From Nitrososphaerota archaeon (GTDB lineage: Archaea; Thermoproteota; Nitrososphaeria_A; Caldarchaeales; Calditenuaceae): a stretch of 36,621 nucleotides of DNA. Below are positions 8,774-17,917 of this stretch, piece by piece. Position 1 is the first letter of the stretch. Every line of letters begins with the position of its first letter. The notes beneath the pieces were generated by a model. The model was not told the DNA's origin. It did not search any database and was given only the letters and a program-made list of their open reading frames with translations. Location: the NCBI GenBank assembly GCA_038845265.1, contig JAWBQR010000011.1, forward strand, positions 1 through 36,621. Direction: 5' to 3'. Both the position numbers and the translations under genes were made by a program.

Positions 8774-9586
8774 ATGCTCTCGCCTCTATTTGACATGGCT
8801 CAAAGGTTTGTTTTGCCTTTTATTGCCTCTATTCCTGAGAAGGGGCTTAGGAGCATCTTTATCGAGCTTGAAAATACTCCTGGCACACTCGTCTCAGCAC
8901 TCGAGGTCGTCTCTGCTGCTGGTTTAAACATAGTAGGGATTCTCTCTAACATAGCGATGAACATTGAGCAGCCCGTCTACGTAATACTCTTCATCGATGC
9001 GAATGGATACTCCGACGAGGAGCTCGAATCACTCTTAAGAATCATCGAGAAGAAAAAAGGAGTAAGAAGACTAATAATGCATAAACAAATACCAACACAT
9101 ACATCAATCGCGCCGTTCTACAACGAATTAGGAATATACGACTTCAGAGCAGTAATAATTACTGACAGCGAGCTCAAAGGACTATTTGACGGTCTATATG
9201 AAAAGCTCGGAGAGCCCGCAACAAAGGCATTCCTCTATCACTTGGGACTACCCATGGGGAGGTCTGAGGCCCAGTACATAAAGAAGATCTTCCCCGGAAT
9301 GGGGACGACCCAAAAACTCGAAATTATTCCACTCACATCACTCGGATGGAGTCATAGAATAGACGTAGAGCAACTAGACAAAGACACCTACAAACTCAAG
9401 ATACATGGACTCATCGAATGCCAACTGCTCAAAAACACAACACACAAACCAGTATCAAACCTAATAAGAGGATACCTAACAGGCTTCATCTCAGAGATAA
9501 TGGGAGGCGAGTGGGAAGTCAACGAGCAGACATGCATAGCCAGCGGAGCAGAGGCCTGCATATTCATCGCACAGAAGAAGCAGTGA
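8774..9586 (+). CDS. ACT domain + V4R (4-vinyl reductase-like) ligand-binding protein
   Basis: IELENTPGTL...GLNI (ACT); LYHLG-x2-MG, EC...IRGYLTG...EQTCIASGAEACIF (V4R). Confidence 0.82.
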   Translation: MLSPLFDMAQRFVLPFIASIPEKGLRSIFIELENTPGTLVSALEVVSAAGLNIVGILSNIAMNIEQPVYVILFIDANGYSDEELESLLRIIEKKKGVRRLIMHKQIPTHTSIAPFYNELGIYDFRAVIITDSELKGLFDGLYEKLGEPATKAFLYHLGLPMGRSEAQYIKKIFPGMGTTQKLEIIPLTSLGWSHRIDVEQLDKDTYKLKIHGLIECQLLKNTTHKPVSNLIRGYLTGFISEIMGGEWEVNEQTCIASGAEACIFIAQKKQ

Positions 9587-9587
9587 A

Positions 9588-9662
9588 TGCGGCCGCCGGG
9601 ATTTGAACCCGGGTATTGGGCTCGGAAAGCCCACGTCCTAGTCCAGACTAGACCACGGCCGC
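9588..9662 (-). tRNA. tRNA-Gly(TCC), no intron, CCA not encoded
   Basis: Reverse complement GCGGCCGTGGTCTAGTCTGGACTAGGACG-TGGGC-TT-TCC-GA-GCCCA-ATAC-CCGGGTTCAAATCCCGG-CGGCCGC-A. Confidence 0.95.
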
Positions 9663-9673
9663 CTAGACATGCT

Positions 9674-9703
9674 ACTCAATATTGACGAAGAGCATTATTT
9701 AAA
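9674..9703 (-). promoter_or_regulatory. Putative tRNA-Gly(TCC) promoter (TTTAAATA TATA box plus TATTGAGT)
   Basis: TATA box at 9703-9696 on the minus strand; shared 8-mer at 9681-9674. Confidence 0.55.
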
Positions 9704-9757
9704 AATTGGCTAAAAAAGTATATCCATCCCCAAGCAGCAGAATCAAGCCAGCAAAAA

Positions 9758-11026
9758 ATGAGAAGAAGAATGAGGGGATTCGAGGAACTAACACCACTAA
9801 GCACAGCCATCGAGAAGCTTAGACAAAACCTAAGGCATAGAATAACGGAGAGAGAAACAATCAGGACAGAATCATCACTCGGAAGAATACTCGCAGAAGA
9901 CATAAGAGCAAAGAAGAGCATCCCAGAGTTCGACAGAAGCGCAGTCGACGGCTACGCAGTATTCGCAGAAGACACATACGGAGCAACGCCTACAAACCCC
10001 ACATCGCTGAGAGTAATAGGAACGATAGAGACAGGAGCAGACCCAAGCCAGCTGCCAGAGATAAAGAGGGGCACAGCCGCAAAAATCATGACGGGAGCGC
10101 CAATCCCAAAGGGAGCAACAGCCGTCGTGATGGCAGAACACACAGAGGAGAAGAACGGCACCTTAGAGATAACTAGGCAGGTAGCGCCATACCAAAACAT
10201 CTCGAGAAGAGGAGAAGACTACCAAGAGGGAGAACTAATCGCGAAGAGAGGAACAAGAATAAAGCCATGGCACATCGCTGCAATCATACAGCAAGAAATA
10301 ACAACGATACAGGTCCTGAGAAGGCCACACATCGCGGTAATCACGACCGGAGAGGAGCTCACGGAGCCAGGAACAGCCAAGACGCCGGGACAGATAATAG
10401 ACACAAACAGACCAATGCTCAAGGCGCTCATAATGGAGGAGGGCGCAGAGCCACTAGACCTAGGAAACACACCGGACGAAATAGAAGAGATAAAGAAGAG
10501 AATAGAGACAGGCCTAAGCCTCGCCGACATAGTAATCATCACAGGAGGAACAAGCCTGGGAGAGAGGGACCTAGTCCCAGAGGCCGTAAACAGCATAGGA
10601 AAGCCAGGAGTAATCATCCACGGACTAAGAATAAGACCCGGAAAGCCAACCGGTGTCGGAGTAATCAATGGAAAACCAGTATTCATGCTCTCCGGATTTC
10701 CAGTCTCCTCCTACATCGGCTTCAAGCTCCTCGTCAAGCCATGCATCTCTATGCTAACGGGCACGAGAGACCTACCACCACCCAGAATCAGGGGGAGAAT
10801 TACTAGGCGAGTAGCGAAGCCAGCAGGAATAAGGGCATTCGTCAGGGTCAGGGTAATGGACAGAGGCGGAGGACTCATAGTTGAGCCACTCATGCTGACC
10901 GGCTCAGGACTACTATCAACACTCACGAAGGGAAACGGTGTCCTAGAGATTCCAGAGATGCTTGAGGGACACGATGAGGGAGAGGAGGTGGAGGTCGAGT
11001 TGACACAGCCAATAGAGGAGGCCTGA
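9758..11026 (+). CDS. moeA: Molybdopterin/tungstopterin metal insertase MoeA
   Basis: PEFDRSAVDGYAV, IMTGAPIPKGATAVVMAE, TTGEEL, ITGGTSLGERD, RPGKPT, LSGFPVS. Confidence 0.96.
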   Translation: MRRRMRGFEELTPLSTAIEKLRQNLRHRITERETIRTESSLGRILAEDIRAKKSIPEFDRSAVDGYAVFAEDTYGATPTNPTSLRVIGTIETGADPSQLPEIKRGTAAKIMTGAPIPKGATAVVMAEHTEEKNGTLEITRQVAPYQNISRRGEDYQEGELIAKRGTRIKPWHIAAIIQQEITTIQVLRRPHIAVITTGEELTEPGTAKTPGQIIDTNRPMLKALIMEEGAEPLDLGNTPDEIEEIKKRIETGLSLADIVIITGGTSLGERDLVPEAVNSIGKPGVIIHGLRIRPGKPTGVGVINGKPVFMLSGFPVSSYIGFKLLVKPCISMLTGTRDLPPPRIRGRITRRVAKPAGIRAFVRVRVMDRGGGLIVEPLMLTGSGLLSTLTKGNGVLEIPEMLEGHDEGEEVEVELTQPIEEA

Positions 11027-11028
11027 GT

Positions 11029-12975
11029 ATGGCTTTTGTCTTCCATAGACTTGTAAAGGTCGAGGAGGCTTTGAAGATACTCGAGGAAGCAACGGGAGGA
11101 GTAGGTCCACTCGGTGTCGAGAGAGTAGCAGTCAATGAGGCTCTTGGCCGTGTACTCGCCGAGAACGTCAGCGCGGAGGTTGATTCTCCTCCTTTTGATA
11201 GGTCAATCGTCGATGGATACGCTGTGAACTCCGCCGATGTTTATGGAGCCTCTGAGGCCTCGCCTGTGAGGCTCAGAGTTATTGGTGAGGTTAAGATCGG
11301 GACTCCTCCGGAGATTGTTGTTGATAGTGGTTCGGCGGCCCGCATCTCTACCGGAGCTGTAATTCCTCGAGGAGCAGACGCCGTTGTCATGGTTGAGTAT
11401 ACAAAAGAGCTGGAAAAGTATGTGTTGATTTATAGGGCCGTCGCTCCGGGCGAGAATGTATCGACTGCCGGGTCAGACGCCGCCAGAGGCGACGTTATCC
11501 TCAGGAGGGGCAAGATAATTACTCCGAGAGAGATAGCGGCGCTAGTTGGGATAGGAATAAACTCTGTTCGTGTATATCGGCGGCCGAGGGTCGCGGTCTA
11601 CTCGGTAGGCGATGAGCTCGTCAAAAATAGTCATGAGCTGCGCCCAGGAAAAGTAATCGATGTAAATGGACCTGCATTGACATCTCTTGCAGCTGAGTGT
11701 GGCGCAGATGCTAGGTACTATGGGATTCTTCCAGACGACTACAAGACGATTCTCCATGCGCTTAGTCAGGTGCTCGCAAACCATGATGTCGTGATCACCT
11801 CTGGAAGCACCTCCGCCGGCTACGGAGACGTAATCTACAAAGTCTTCAGCGATCTTGGCAGAGTACTGATTCATGGACTGAACGTGAGGCCTGGGAAACC
11901 AACTGTTATCGGTCTCTCGAATAATGGTAAGCTCTTAATTGGGCTCCCGGGCTTCCCACTCTCCGCGATGATTATCTTCAACGTAATCGTGCGTCCAATA
12001 CTTGTTAAAATGAGTGGTGTACTGGAATTGGAGGAGTGGAGAACTCTAAGGGCAAGATTTCCCTTTAGGATGGAGGCGGGTGGGGGAAAGACAGAGTATA
12101 TTCCTGTGCAAATTGTCGAGACTTCTACTGGACTCTCTGCGTATCCATTACTGATCGGTTCTGGCTCCACTACGGCGCTCGCAATCTCTGACGGATTTAT
12201 TACTGTCAGTGAGGAGAGACAATTCATAGAGGAGGACGAGGAGGTCCAAGTTACTCTCTTCTCACAGAGTTATAGAGCGGCGAAGCTAAACATAATTGGC
12301 AGCCACTGCCCAGCAGTCGACCTACTGCTAGACATCTCCGGAGTAAGCAATGCCAGAATAATAAATGTAGGTAGTCTCGGAGGATGGAGAGCAATTAGGA
12401 GGGGCGAGGCAGACATAGCAGGCACACATCTACTCGACCCAGATACAGGTGACTACAATGTCCACATGATTCATGAGCTTGGGCTCGAAGGATTAGTCAC
12501 GCTCTACAGAGGATACGGCAGAAGAGTAGGACTAATTATCAGTAAAGGCAACCCCCTACGAATAGAAGGACTCAAAGACATCGTTGAGAAAGATCTCAGG
12601 ATAGTAAATAGGGTGAGGGGCTCGGGGGCGAGGCAGCTCCTAGACATTGGCCTGAAAAAACTCGGGGTCGAGCATCCTGAGAAGACAGTCAAGGGATACA
12701 CCTACCAAGTAGGGACGCATAACGCAGTAGCCATCGCCGTCAAGGAGGGAAGAGCAGACTGTGGACTGGGAATAGAACATGCGGCATGGCTCTACGACCT
12801 AGACTTCATACCAATCGCCACCGAGATATATGACTTCGCAGTAAGAATCGACCGACTCGCAAAAGAACAAGTACAAAAATTCCTCACAACACTTTCATCT
12901 GACAAGTTTAAAGAAGAACTGAAAAAATTTAGGGGATACACTACCCTGAGCGATACAGGAAGAAAAATAATTTAA
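11029..12975 (+). CDS. moeA: MoeA fused to a C-terminal periplasmic-binding-protein-like (PBP) domain
   Basis: PPFDRSIVDGYAV, SGSTSAG, RPGKPT, GLPGFPLS; C-terminal IIGSHC, VGSLGG, ADIAGTHLLD, NRVRGSG. Confidence 0.95.
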   Translation: MAFVFHRLVKVEEALKILEEATGGVGPLGVERVAVNEALGRVLAENVSAEVDSPPFDRSIVDGYAVNSADVYGASEASPVRLRVIGEVKIGTPPEIVVDSGSAARISTGAVIPRGADAVVMVEYTKELEKYVLIYRAVAPGENVSTAGSDAARGDVILRRGKIITPREIAALVGIGINSVRVYRRPRVAVYSVGDELVKNSHELRPGKVIDVNGPALTSLAAECGADARYYGILPDDYKTILHALSQVLANHDVVITSGSTSAGYGDVIYKVFSDLGRVLIHGLNVRPGKPTVIGLSNNGKLLIGLPGFPLSAMIIFNVIVRPILVKMSGVLELEEWRTLRARFPFRMEAGGGKTEYIPVQIVETSTGLSAYPLLIGSGSTTALAISDGFITVSEERQFIEEDEEVQVTLFSQSYRAAKLNIIGSHCPAVDLLLDISGVSNARIINVGSLGGWRAIRRGEADIAGTHLLDPDTGDYNVHMIHELGLEGLVTLYRGYGRRVGLIISKGNPLRIEGLKDIVEKDLRIVNRVRGSGARQLLDIGLKKLGVEHPEKTVKGYTYQVGTHNAVAIAVKEGRADCGLGIEHAAWLYDLDFIPIATEIYDFAVRIDRLAKEQVQKFLTTLSSDKFKEELKKFRGYTTLSDTGRKII

Positions 12976-12986
12976 AGAATTGTTTA

Positions 12987-14855
12987 TTATGCCTCAAGCT
13001 TTTTTCTAAGCACTCTGTCAACGTCCTCTAGGCCGAGTCTCTTTAAGGTCTCTGACGTCGGGATGCCCCTCTCGTCCCATCCTACTACTTTGTAATATTC
13101 CTGCTTAAGCTTCTCAATTTCTTCACGTGTAGGTGCTTGTCCCTTCTTTGGCCCTGATGGCAGCGGTTCATAGAACCTTGCAGGGTTCTCGTCGACCTTC
13201 CACTTAACGTCCGGCCCACCAATCAGGAGCAATGCCCTCTGAATCTCGATTATCCTCATCGCTATATCATAATACCACTCGTCGACAGTGTATCCAAACC
13301 CAGTCACAGCGTTGAAGAAATCGATTATCTCATCTTTTTTCAAGTATAGCTCATTGAATAGGCAGTATACGCCTGAGTCAGACATCATCATACTGTGGTC
13401 ACTCACACTCTTAGTTATCGGTAGGAGCGCAATTGATGTGTGGTCTCCTCCCTGGACTGAACATGCATATGACATCCCCATCGGATAGTCTAGGCCGCTC
13501 CTAATACCATGCGCACCTATCCCAATTCCCTTACACTGAACTGCGTATTTAAGAAGGTCCTGATTCTTCATCTTTCCTAGCCTTAGCGCGGCCCTGAACG
13601 TTCCCTCAGCCAAGATATCTCCTATGCCCTGCCTCTTCGCAATCATCTCGGCGAGCTTTGCGAATGCTTCCGCGTTGCCCCACTTGAGGTCCAGTCCTCC
13701 TAGCTCTTCCCTCGTAAGGATGCCTCTCTGGTAGAGTTCAGCGGCGAAGCCTAGCGTGTTTCCAACCTGTATTCCACAGAACCCCAGGTCCTCAATGACG
13801 CTCACCATGTATACATTATCCTCTGGAGTGAATATTCCGAGGTTCGTGCCCTCATATGCCTGTAACTCATAGTCAGGGTTGTCAGCGATAGCGTTCTTAA
13901 ACCTGCCTGTCCTGACGACGGCTAGTTTTAGACAAGTAGTAGGACATCCGAAGTCTCCCCAATACCTCTTAATCCATACCCTCCGTTCGAACTCGTCTAC
14001 CCCGAAGCTCCTCTCGTCATGCCACTCCTCCTGCCAATTCCTCACAGGCTCAGAGCTGTACTGAGCACCGACGTTATATCCAGCGTACCCAGTACCCCAC
14101 CTCCTCATCAAATCGTGCTCAAAATTAATTCTCCAGACATGCCTAATCATCTGCAGAGTCTTTTCATGGTCAGCCACCTCTGGCAGCGGCCCCGTGCCCT
14201 TCGCGAGGACTGCCTTTAGCTTCTTTGAGCCCATCACTGCGCCGTATCCTCCGTATCCTGCCCCGTGGGCCCACTTTCCAACCACGCCCGCGGTCCTGGC
14301 CTTGTTTTCTCCCGCTGGGCCGATCATGTAGATGGCCGGCTCCTTCCACTCGCCGTATAGTGGATTCTTCGTGTTAAGCTCATTCCTGACCTCCTTGACG
14401 AGCGTTAAATATGTCTTCTTAGCGTCCAGTCCCCATACATGACTCGCGTCTCTAATGTCTATCTCTGAGTCCTTGACTAGGATGTAGGACGGCTTCTCAG
14501 CCTCTCCCGTGATTATCAATCCATCCCATCCAGCACACTTCAGCTCGACTGGAAACTCGCCCGCAATCGTGCTTCCGACGACGCCGTTGCTCTGCGGAGA
14601 CTTGCCAGTTATGCAGATCCTGCCGCCCGGGAAGAATCCAGTCAGCGGCCCAGTAAGGAAGAGTAGTATGTTTTCAGGGCCAAGTGGGTCAACCTCATCC
14701 CACTTCTCACCAAGCCTATCCCAGAGTATCTTCACGCCCAGGCCCCTGCCGCCGACGTATTTCCTCAGAACTTCCTCAGAGAATCTAACCTCCTTTACGC
14801 TCCCGGTCGAGAGGTCAATCTCTGCATATTTCCCCGCGTATCCCCGCCCACTCAT
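12987..14855 (-). CDS. Aldehyde:ferredoxin oxidoreductase family (tungstopterin) catalytic subunit
   Basis: YVGGRGLG, KSPQS, ELKCAGWDG, IGPAGE, GAVMGSKKLKA, LAEG, GGDH, YY-x3-GWDERGIPT-x-ETLKRLGL. Confidence 0.95.
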   Translation of the reverse strand: MSGRGYAGKYAEIDLSTGSVKEVRFSEEVLRKYVGGRGLGVKILWDRLGEKWDEVDPLGPENILLFLTGPLTGFFPGGRICITGKSPQSNGVVGSTIAGEFPVELKCAGWDGLIITGEAEKPSYILVKDSEIDIRDASHVWGLDAKKTYLTLVKEVRNELNTKNPLYGEWKEPAIYMIGPAGENKARTAGVVGKWAHGAGYGGYGAVMGSKKLKAVLAKGTGPLPEVADHEKTLQMIRHVWRINFEHDLMRRWGTGYAGYNVGAQYSSEPVRNWQEEWHDERSFGVDEFERRVWIKRYWGDFGCPTTCLKLAVVRTGRFKNAIADNPDYELQAYEGTNLGIFTPEDNVYMVSVIEDLGFCGIQVGNTLGFAAELYQRGILTREELGGLDLKWGNAEAFAKLAEMIAKRQGIGDILAEGTFRAALRLGKMKNQDLLKYAVQCKGIGIGAHGIRSGLDYPMGMSYACSVQGGDHTSIALLPITKSVSDHSMMMSDSGVYCLFNELYLKKDEIIDFFNAVTGFGYTVDEWYYDIAMRIIEIQRALLLIGGPDVKWKVDENPARFYEPLPSGPKKGQAPTREEIEKLKQEYYKVVGWDERGIPTSETLKRLGLEDVDRVLRKKLEA

Positions 14856-15391
14856 AGAAACTCCTCACCCGCCTCTCCATAGAGCTGCAAGACCAGCCCC
14901 CTCGTAGCATCCTCAGGCTTCCTCGCATAGAGCCTATAGGCAAAGAGCTCCAAGGGATCATCAGTATGTGGAACAACCCTCAGGGCGTTCCATCCACCCT
15001 CAGTGCAGATCTTGGCGCATTCCGGGTCGCCTCCGCATAGGTCGCAGATCAACGCATAGTTAAGCGTAGGATGCAGGTGTGGAATCCTGCCCGGACAGGC
15101 ATCGACACATGAGGCACAGCCAGTACACATATCCCTATTGACATTGATTGCTCCTGTCTCGTCATTCACAGTGATCGCGCCGGTCGGGCATGCATCCATG
15201 CATGGATGGTCATGGCACTGGGCACAAAGGTGCGGATACTCAACTCCGGGGACAAGCATAAAGACTCTGACCCTCGAGGCCTCCGGCCATATCCTCCCCT
15301 CATGATGAAGCGAACAGACAATCTCGCAGAGCCTACAACCACTGCACTTCAAGAAATCGCGAGCAATCCAAACCTTATCCGATTTACTCAT
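14852..15391 (-). CDS. 4x[4Fe-4S] ferredoxin-like electron-transfer subunit (DmsB-like) coupled to the AOR gene
   Basis: CSGCRLCEIVC, CAQC-x4-CMDACP, CTGCASCVDACP, CDLC-x5-CAKIC; 4-nt ATGA overlap with the AOR gene. Confidence 0.93.
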   Translation of the reverse strand: MSKSDKVWIARDFLKCSGCRLCEIVCSLHHEGRIWPEASRVRVFMLVPGVEYPHLCAQCHDHPCMDACPTGAITVNDETGAINVNRDMCTGCASCVDACPGRIPHLHPTLNYALICDLCGGDPECAKICTEGGWNALRVVPHTDDPLELFAYRLYARKPEDATRGLVLQLYGEAGEEFL

Positions 15392-15442
15392 CTCAAGCTA
15401 TAATTGTAAAAATAATTTTACTTAAGGATTTCTAAGCAACAA

Positions 15443-16720
15443 TCAAGGTTGCTTTTTATTTCTTAATTCTTCGAGTATCTGCCTAGCCCTGTCTACCCTG
15501 ATGGTCTTCTCACTCACCATTTTTTCAGCGACGATGTCTATCTCATCTCCCACCGCGCCAGCCATCACGGCTATGTTCTTCGCGTGTAGAGACATGTGCC
15601 CCGCCTGTATTCCCTCAGCAGCAAGCGCCCTAAGCGCGGCTAAGTTCTGTACAAGCCCCACCGCGGCCATGACCCTGGCCAGCTCAGAGGCGGACTTAAC
15701 TCCAAGAATCTTCAGGGATATCTTTGCCAAAGGATTGGTCCTCGTCGCTCCGCCAACTATCCCGACGGCGAGAGGCATCTCTAGCGTCCCGAACAGGTCT
15801 CCATTCTCAGAGAGCTCCCAGGTGCTGAGCGGCTCATACCTCCCATTCCTCGCAGCGTATGCATGGGCGCCGGCCTCTATGGCTCTCCAGTCATTTCCAG
15901 TCGCTATCGCCACCGCGTCTATCCCGTTCATGATGCCCTTATTATGAGTGGCCGCCCTGTATGGGTCTGCGAGAGCGAAGGCATACGCCTCATAGATGCC
16001 CTCGGCCACCTCTCTTCCACCGATGGATGAGGCGGGAATCCTGGTCCTCGCCCTAACGAGTCGTCTGTCAGCGAGGTTCGAGATTATCCTCAGCCTGAAC
16101 CTGCCGCCAGTAATCGAAGCCAAGTGTGGAGCGATCGCCTCAGCCATAGTGTTTACCGCATTCGCCCCCATGGCGTCCTTCACGTCTACGTATAGATGAG
16201 TAATGAGCATCGGGCCAGCGATTGAGTGGATAATTCTAGCATCGATGTCTCTGGCACCTCCCCCTAGGCTGACCAAGACCGGGTCCTTCTCATTGGCTAT
16301 TCTGATAAGTTCTTCCTTCCTCTTGATTATCTCGAACCTCGCAGCATATGGGTCCTTCACGCCGACGAGCTGTATCTGCCCAATCATTATTTGTTCTGAT
16401 GCCCAAGTCTCTATCCCGCCGCCCTCTCTCGCCCATCTAGCCGCATTTGATGCAGCAGCTACGACTGATGGCTCCTCTATGACCATCGGAATCAAGTAGT
16501 CTTTTCCATCGATCAGGAAGTTTACAGCTATTCCGAGTGGAATCTGAAAGATACCTATAACGTTCTCAATCATTCTATTTGCAGTTGCAATGTCGAGCCC
16601 GCCCTTCAGAAGCATCTCCTGCTCCTCACTGCTAAGCCCTGCGAATTCTGAGACTATTCTTAACCGCTCCTCCACACTGAGCTGGTAGAACTTCGGAATC
16701 CTAGAGGTTTTCTCAGACAT
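15443..16720 (-). CDS. mvaA: Hydroxymethylglutaryl-CoA reductase, class II
   Basis: ENVIG, EEPSVVAAAS, DAMGANAVN, RIISNL, THNKGIMNG, GIVGGAT, GIQAGHMSLH. Confidence 0.96.
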   Translation of the reverse strand: MSEKTSRIPKFYQLSVEERLRIVSEFAGLSSEEQEMLLKGGLDIATANRMIENVIGIFQIPLGIAVNFLIDGKDYLIPMVIEEPSVVAAASNAARWAREGGGIETWASEQIMIGQIQLVGVKDPYAARFEIIKRKEELIRIANEKDPVLVSLGGGARDIDARIIHSIAGPMLITHLYVDVKDAMGANAVNTMAEAIAPHLASITGGRFRLRIISNLADRRLVRARTRIPASSIGGREVAEGIYEAYAFALADPYRAATHNKGIMNGIDAVAIATGNDWRAIEAGAHAYAARNGRYEPLSTWELSENGDLFGTLEMPLAVGIVGGATRTNPLAKISLKILGVKSASELARVMAAVGLVQNLAALRALAAEGIQAGHMSLHAKNIAVMAGAVGDEIDIVAEKMVSEKTIRVDRARQILEELRNKKQP

Positions 16721-16771
16721 CTGCTCATCGCCTCTAAATTGATTAATGATTCAGATATTAATAGATAGTTG

Positions 16772-17884
16772 TCACGCAATTTTTAGTCCGCTACCAGTCA
16801 ATAGTATCACTACTTCCTCGCCCTGCTTTATCTTTCCGTCCCTCATCCATTTTAGGTATGCGGCATGCGAGGCGGCTGAGCTCGGCTCCACGTACAGCCC
16901 CTCAGCAGCCAACTCTCTATGAGACTCTATAATCTCATAATCTTCAACAATCTCTGCAGAACCCTTTATCTCTCTCAGCGAGTCAACCATTTCTTGGAGC
17001 CTAATTGGCTTTGTGCTTATCAATGCGTCAGCTATGGTTGTTAATTGCTCCGGCGGCGTGTAGGGCTTATTCATAAGTGCATGATAGACTGGAGAGACTT
17101 CTACTGGCTGGACTGCAACGATTGTGGGTATTGCATCAATTACACCAGAGCTATACAAATGCTTGAATCCATTGATGACTCCAAGAATCAATGAGCCCGC
17201 AGATGTGGGTACGAATACGAAGTCCGGGGCAGTCCACCTCCTCTGCTCAGCAATCTCATACGCGATGGTCTTTGTTCCCTCCTGAAAATATGGATTCCAT
17301 GCATGACTGACGTATAGGCTATGCGCAGCTGTCTGTGCTGCCTTGGATACGACAGTCACGTCTCCCTTCAGCTTTACTACCTTAGCGCCATACGCCTCCA
17401 TCTGTCTCGCCTTGCCCTCCTTAATTGAAGCATATGTATAGACCGTACACTTGATTCCAGCGCGCGCCGCGTATGCCGCTACAGATGAGCCGGCATTCCC
17501 AGAAGACTCGATCGAGACTTCTCTGTATCTCTCACCATCTATCAGATGTTTCACCGAAGTGATAAGAACCGTTGAGCCTCTATCCTTATAGGAGCCGGTC
17601 GGCATGATGTACTCGAGCTTTGCATAGAGCTGTGGTCTTTTTGTCTTTATTAGGGGTGTATATCCTTCACCCATTGTGACGATCTCGTCGTGGGGTGCGA
17701 CTGCGATGAATCGTTTATATCTCCATAATGAGTGATCAGTTGACATTATCTCTGCCGGGTTAAATGGCTCATCAAAAATTATCCGATAAGGATATCCACA
17801 TCTTGTGCATCTCCAATGATCTTCTCGCTCTTGAGCAGAGCCACATCTCGAGCAAAGAACCTTGAACATTGATGCCAAATCCAA
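16772..17884 (-). CDS. thrC: Threonine synthase-like PLP enzyme (fold type II) with N-terminal zinc ribbon
   Basis: GEGYTP, PTGSYKDRG, SSGNAG, EGTKTIAYEI, VEPSSA, LTGSGLK. Confidence 0.82.
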   Translation of the reverse strand: MDLASMFKVLCSRCGSAQEREDHWRCTRCGYPYRIIFDEPFNPAEIMSTDHSLWRYKRFIAVAPHDEIVTMGEGYTPLIKTKRPQLYAKLEYIMPTGSYKDRGSTVLITSVKHLIDGERYREVSIESSGNAGSSVAAYAARAGIKCTVYTYASIKEGKARQMEAYGAKVVKLKGDVTVVSKAAQTAAHSLYVSHAWNPYFQEGTKTIAYEIAEQRRWTAPDFVFVPTSAGSLILGVINGFKHLYSSGVIDAIPTIVAVQPVEVSPVYHALMNKPYTPPEQLTTIADALISTKPIRLQEMVDSLREIKGSAEIVEDYEIIESHRELAAEGLYVEPSSAASHAAYLKWMRDGKIKQGEEVVILLTGSGLKIA

Positions 17885-17917
17885 TACTGCGGTATTTATT
17901 TTTAATTCTGTGCCTTA

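Noticed and set aside
5751-9662. Integrated mobile element at tRNA-Gly
   Set aside because: The repeats are inverted complete tRNAs, not a direct att duplication; no integrase or viral genes seen
9588-9662. Reading the anticodon as TTC (Glu)
   Set aside because: The 7-nt loop TTTCCGA centres on TCC, and the acceptor stem matches the other tRNA-Gly
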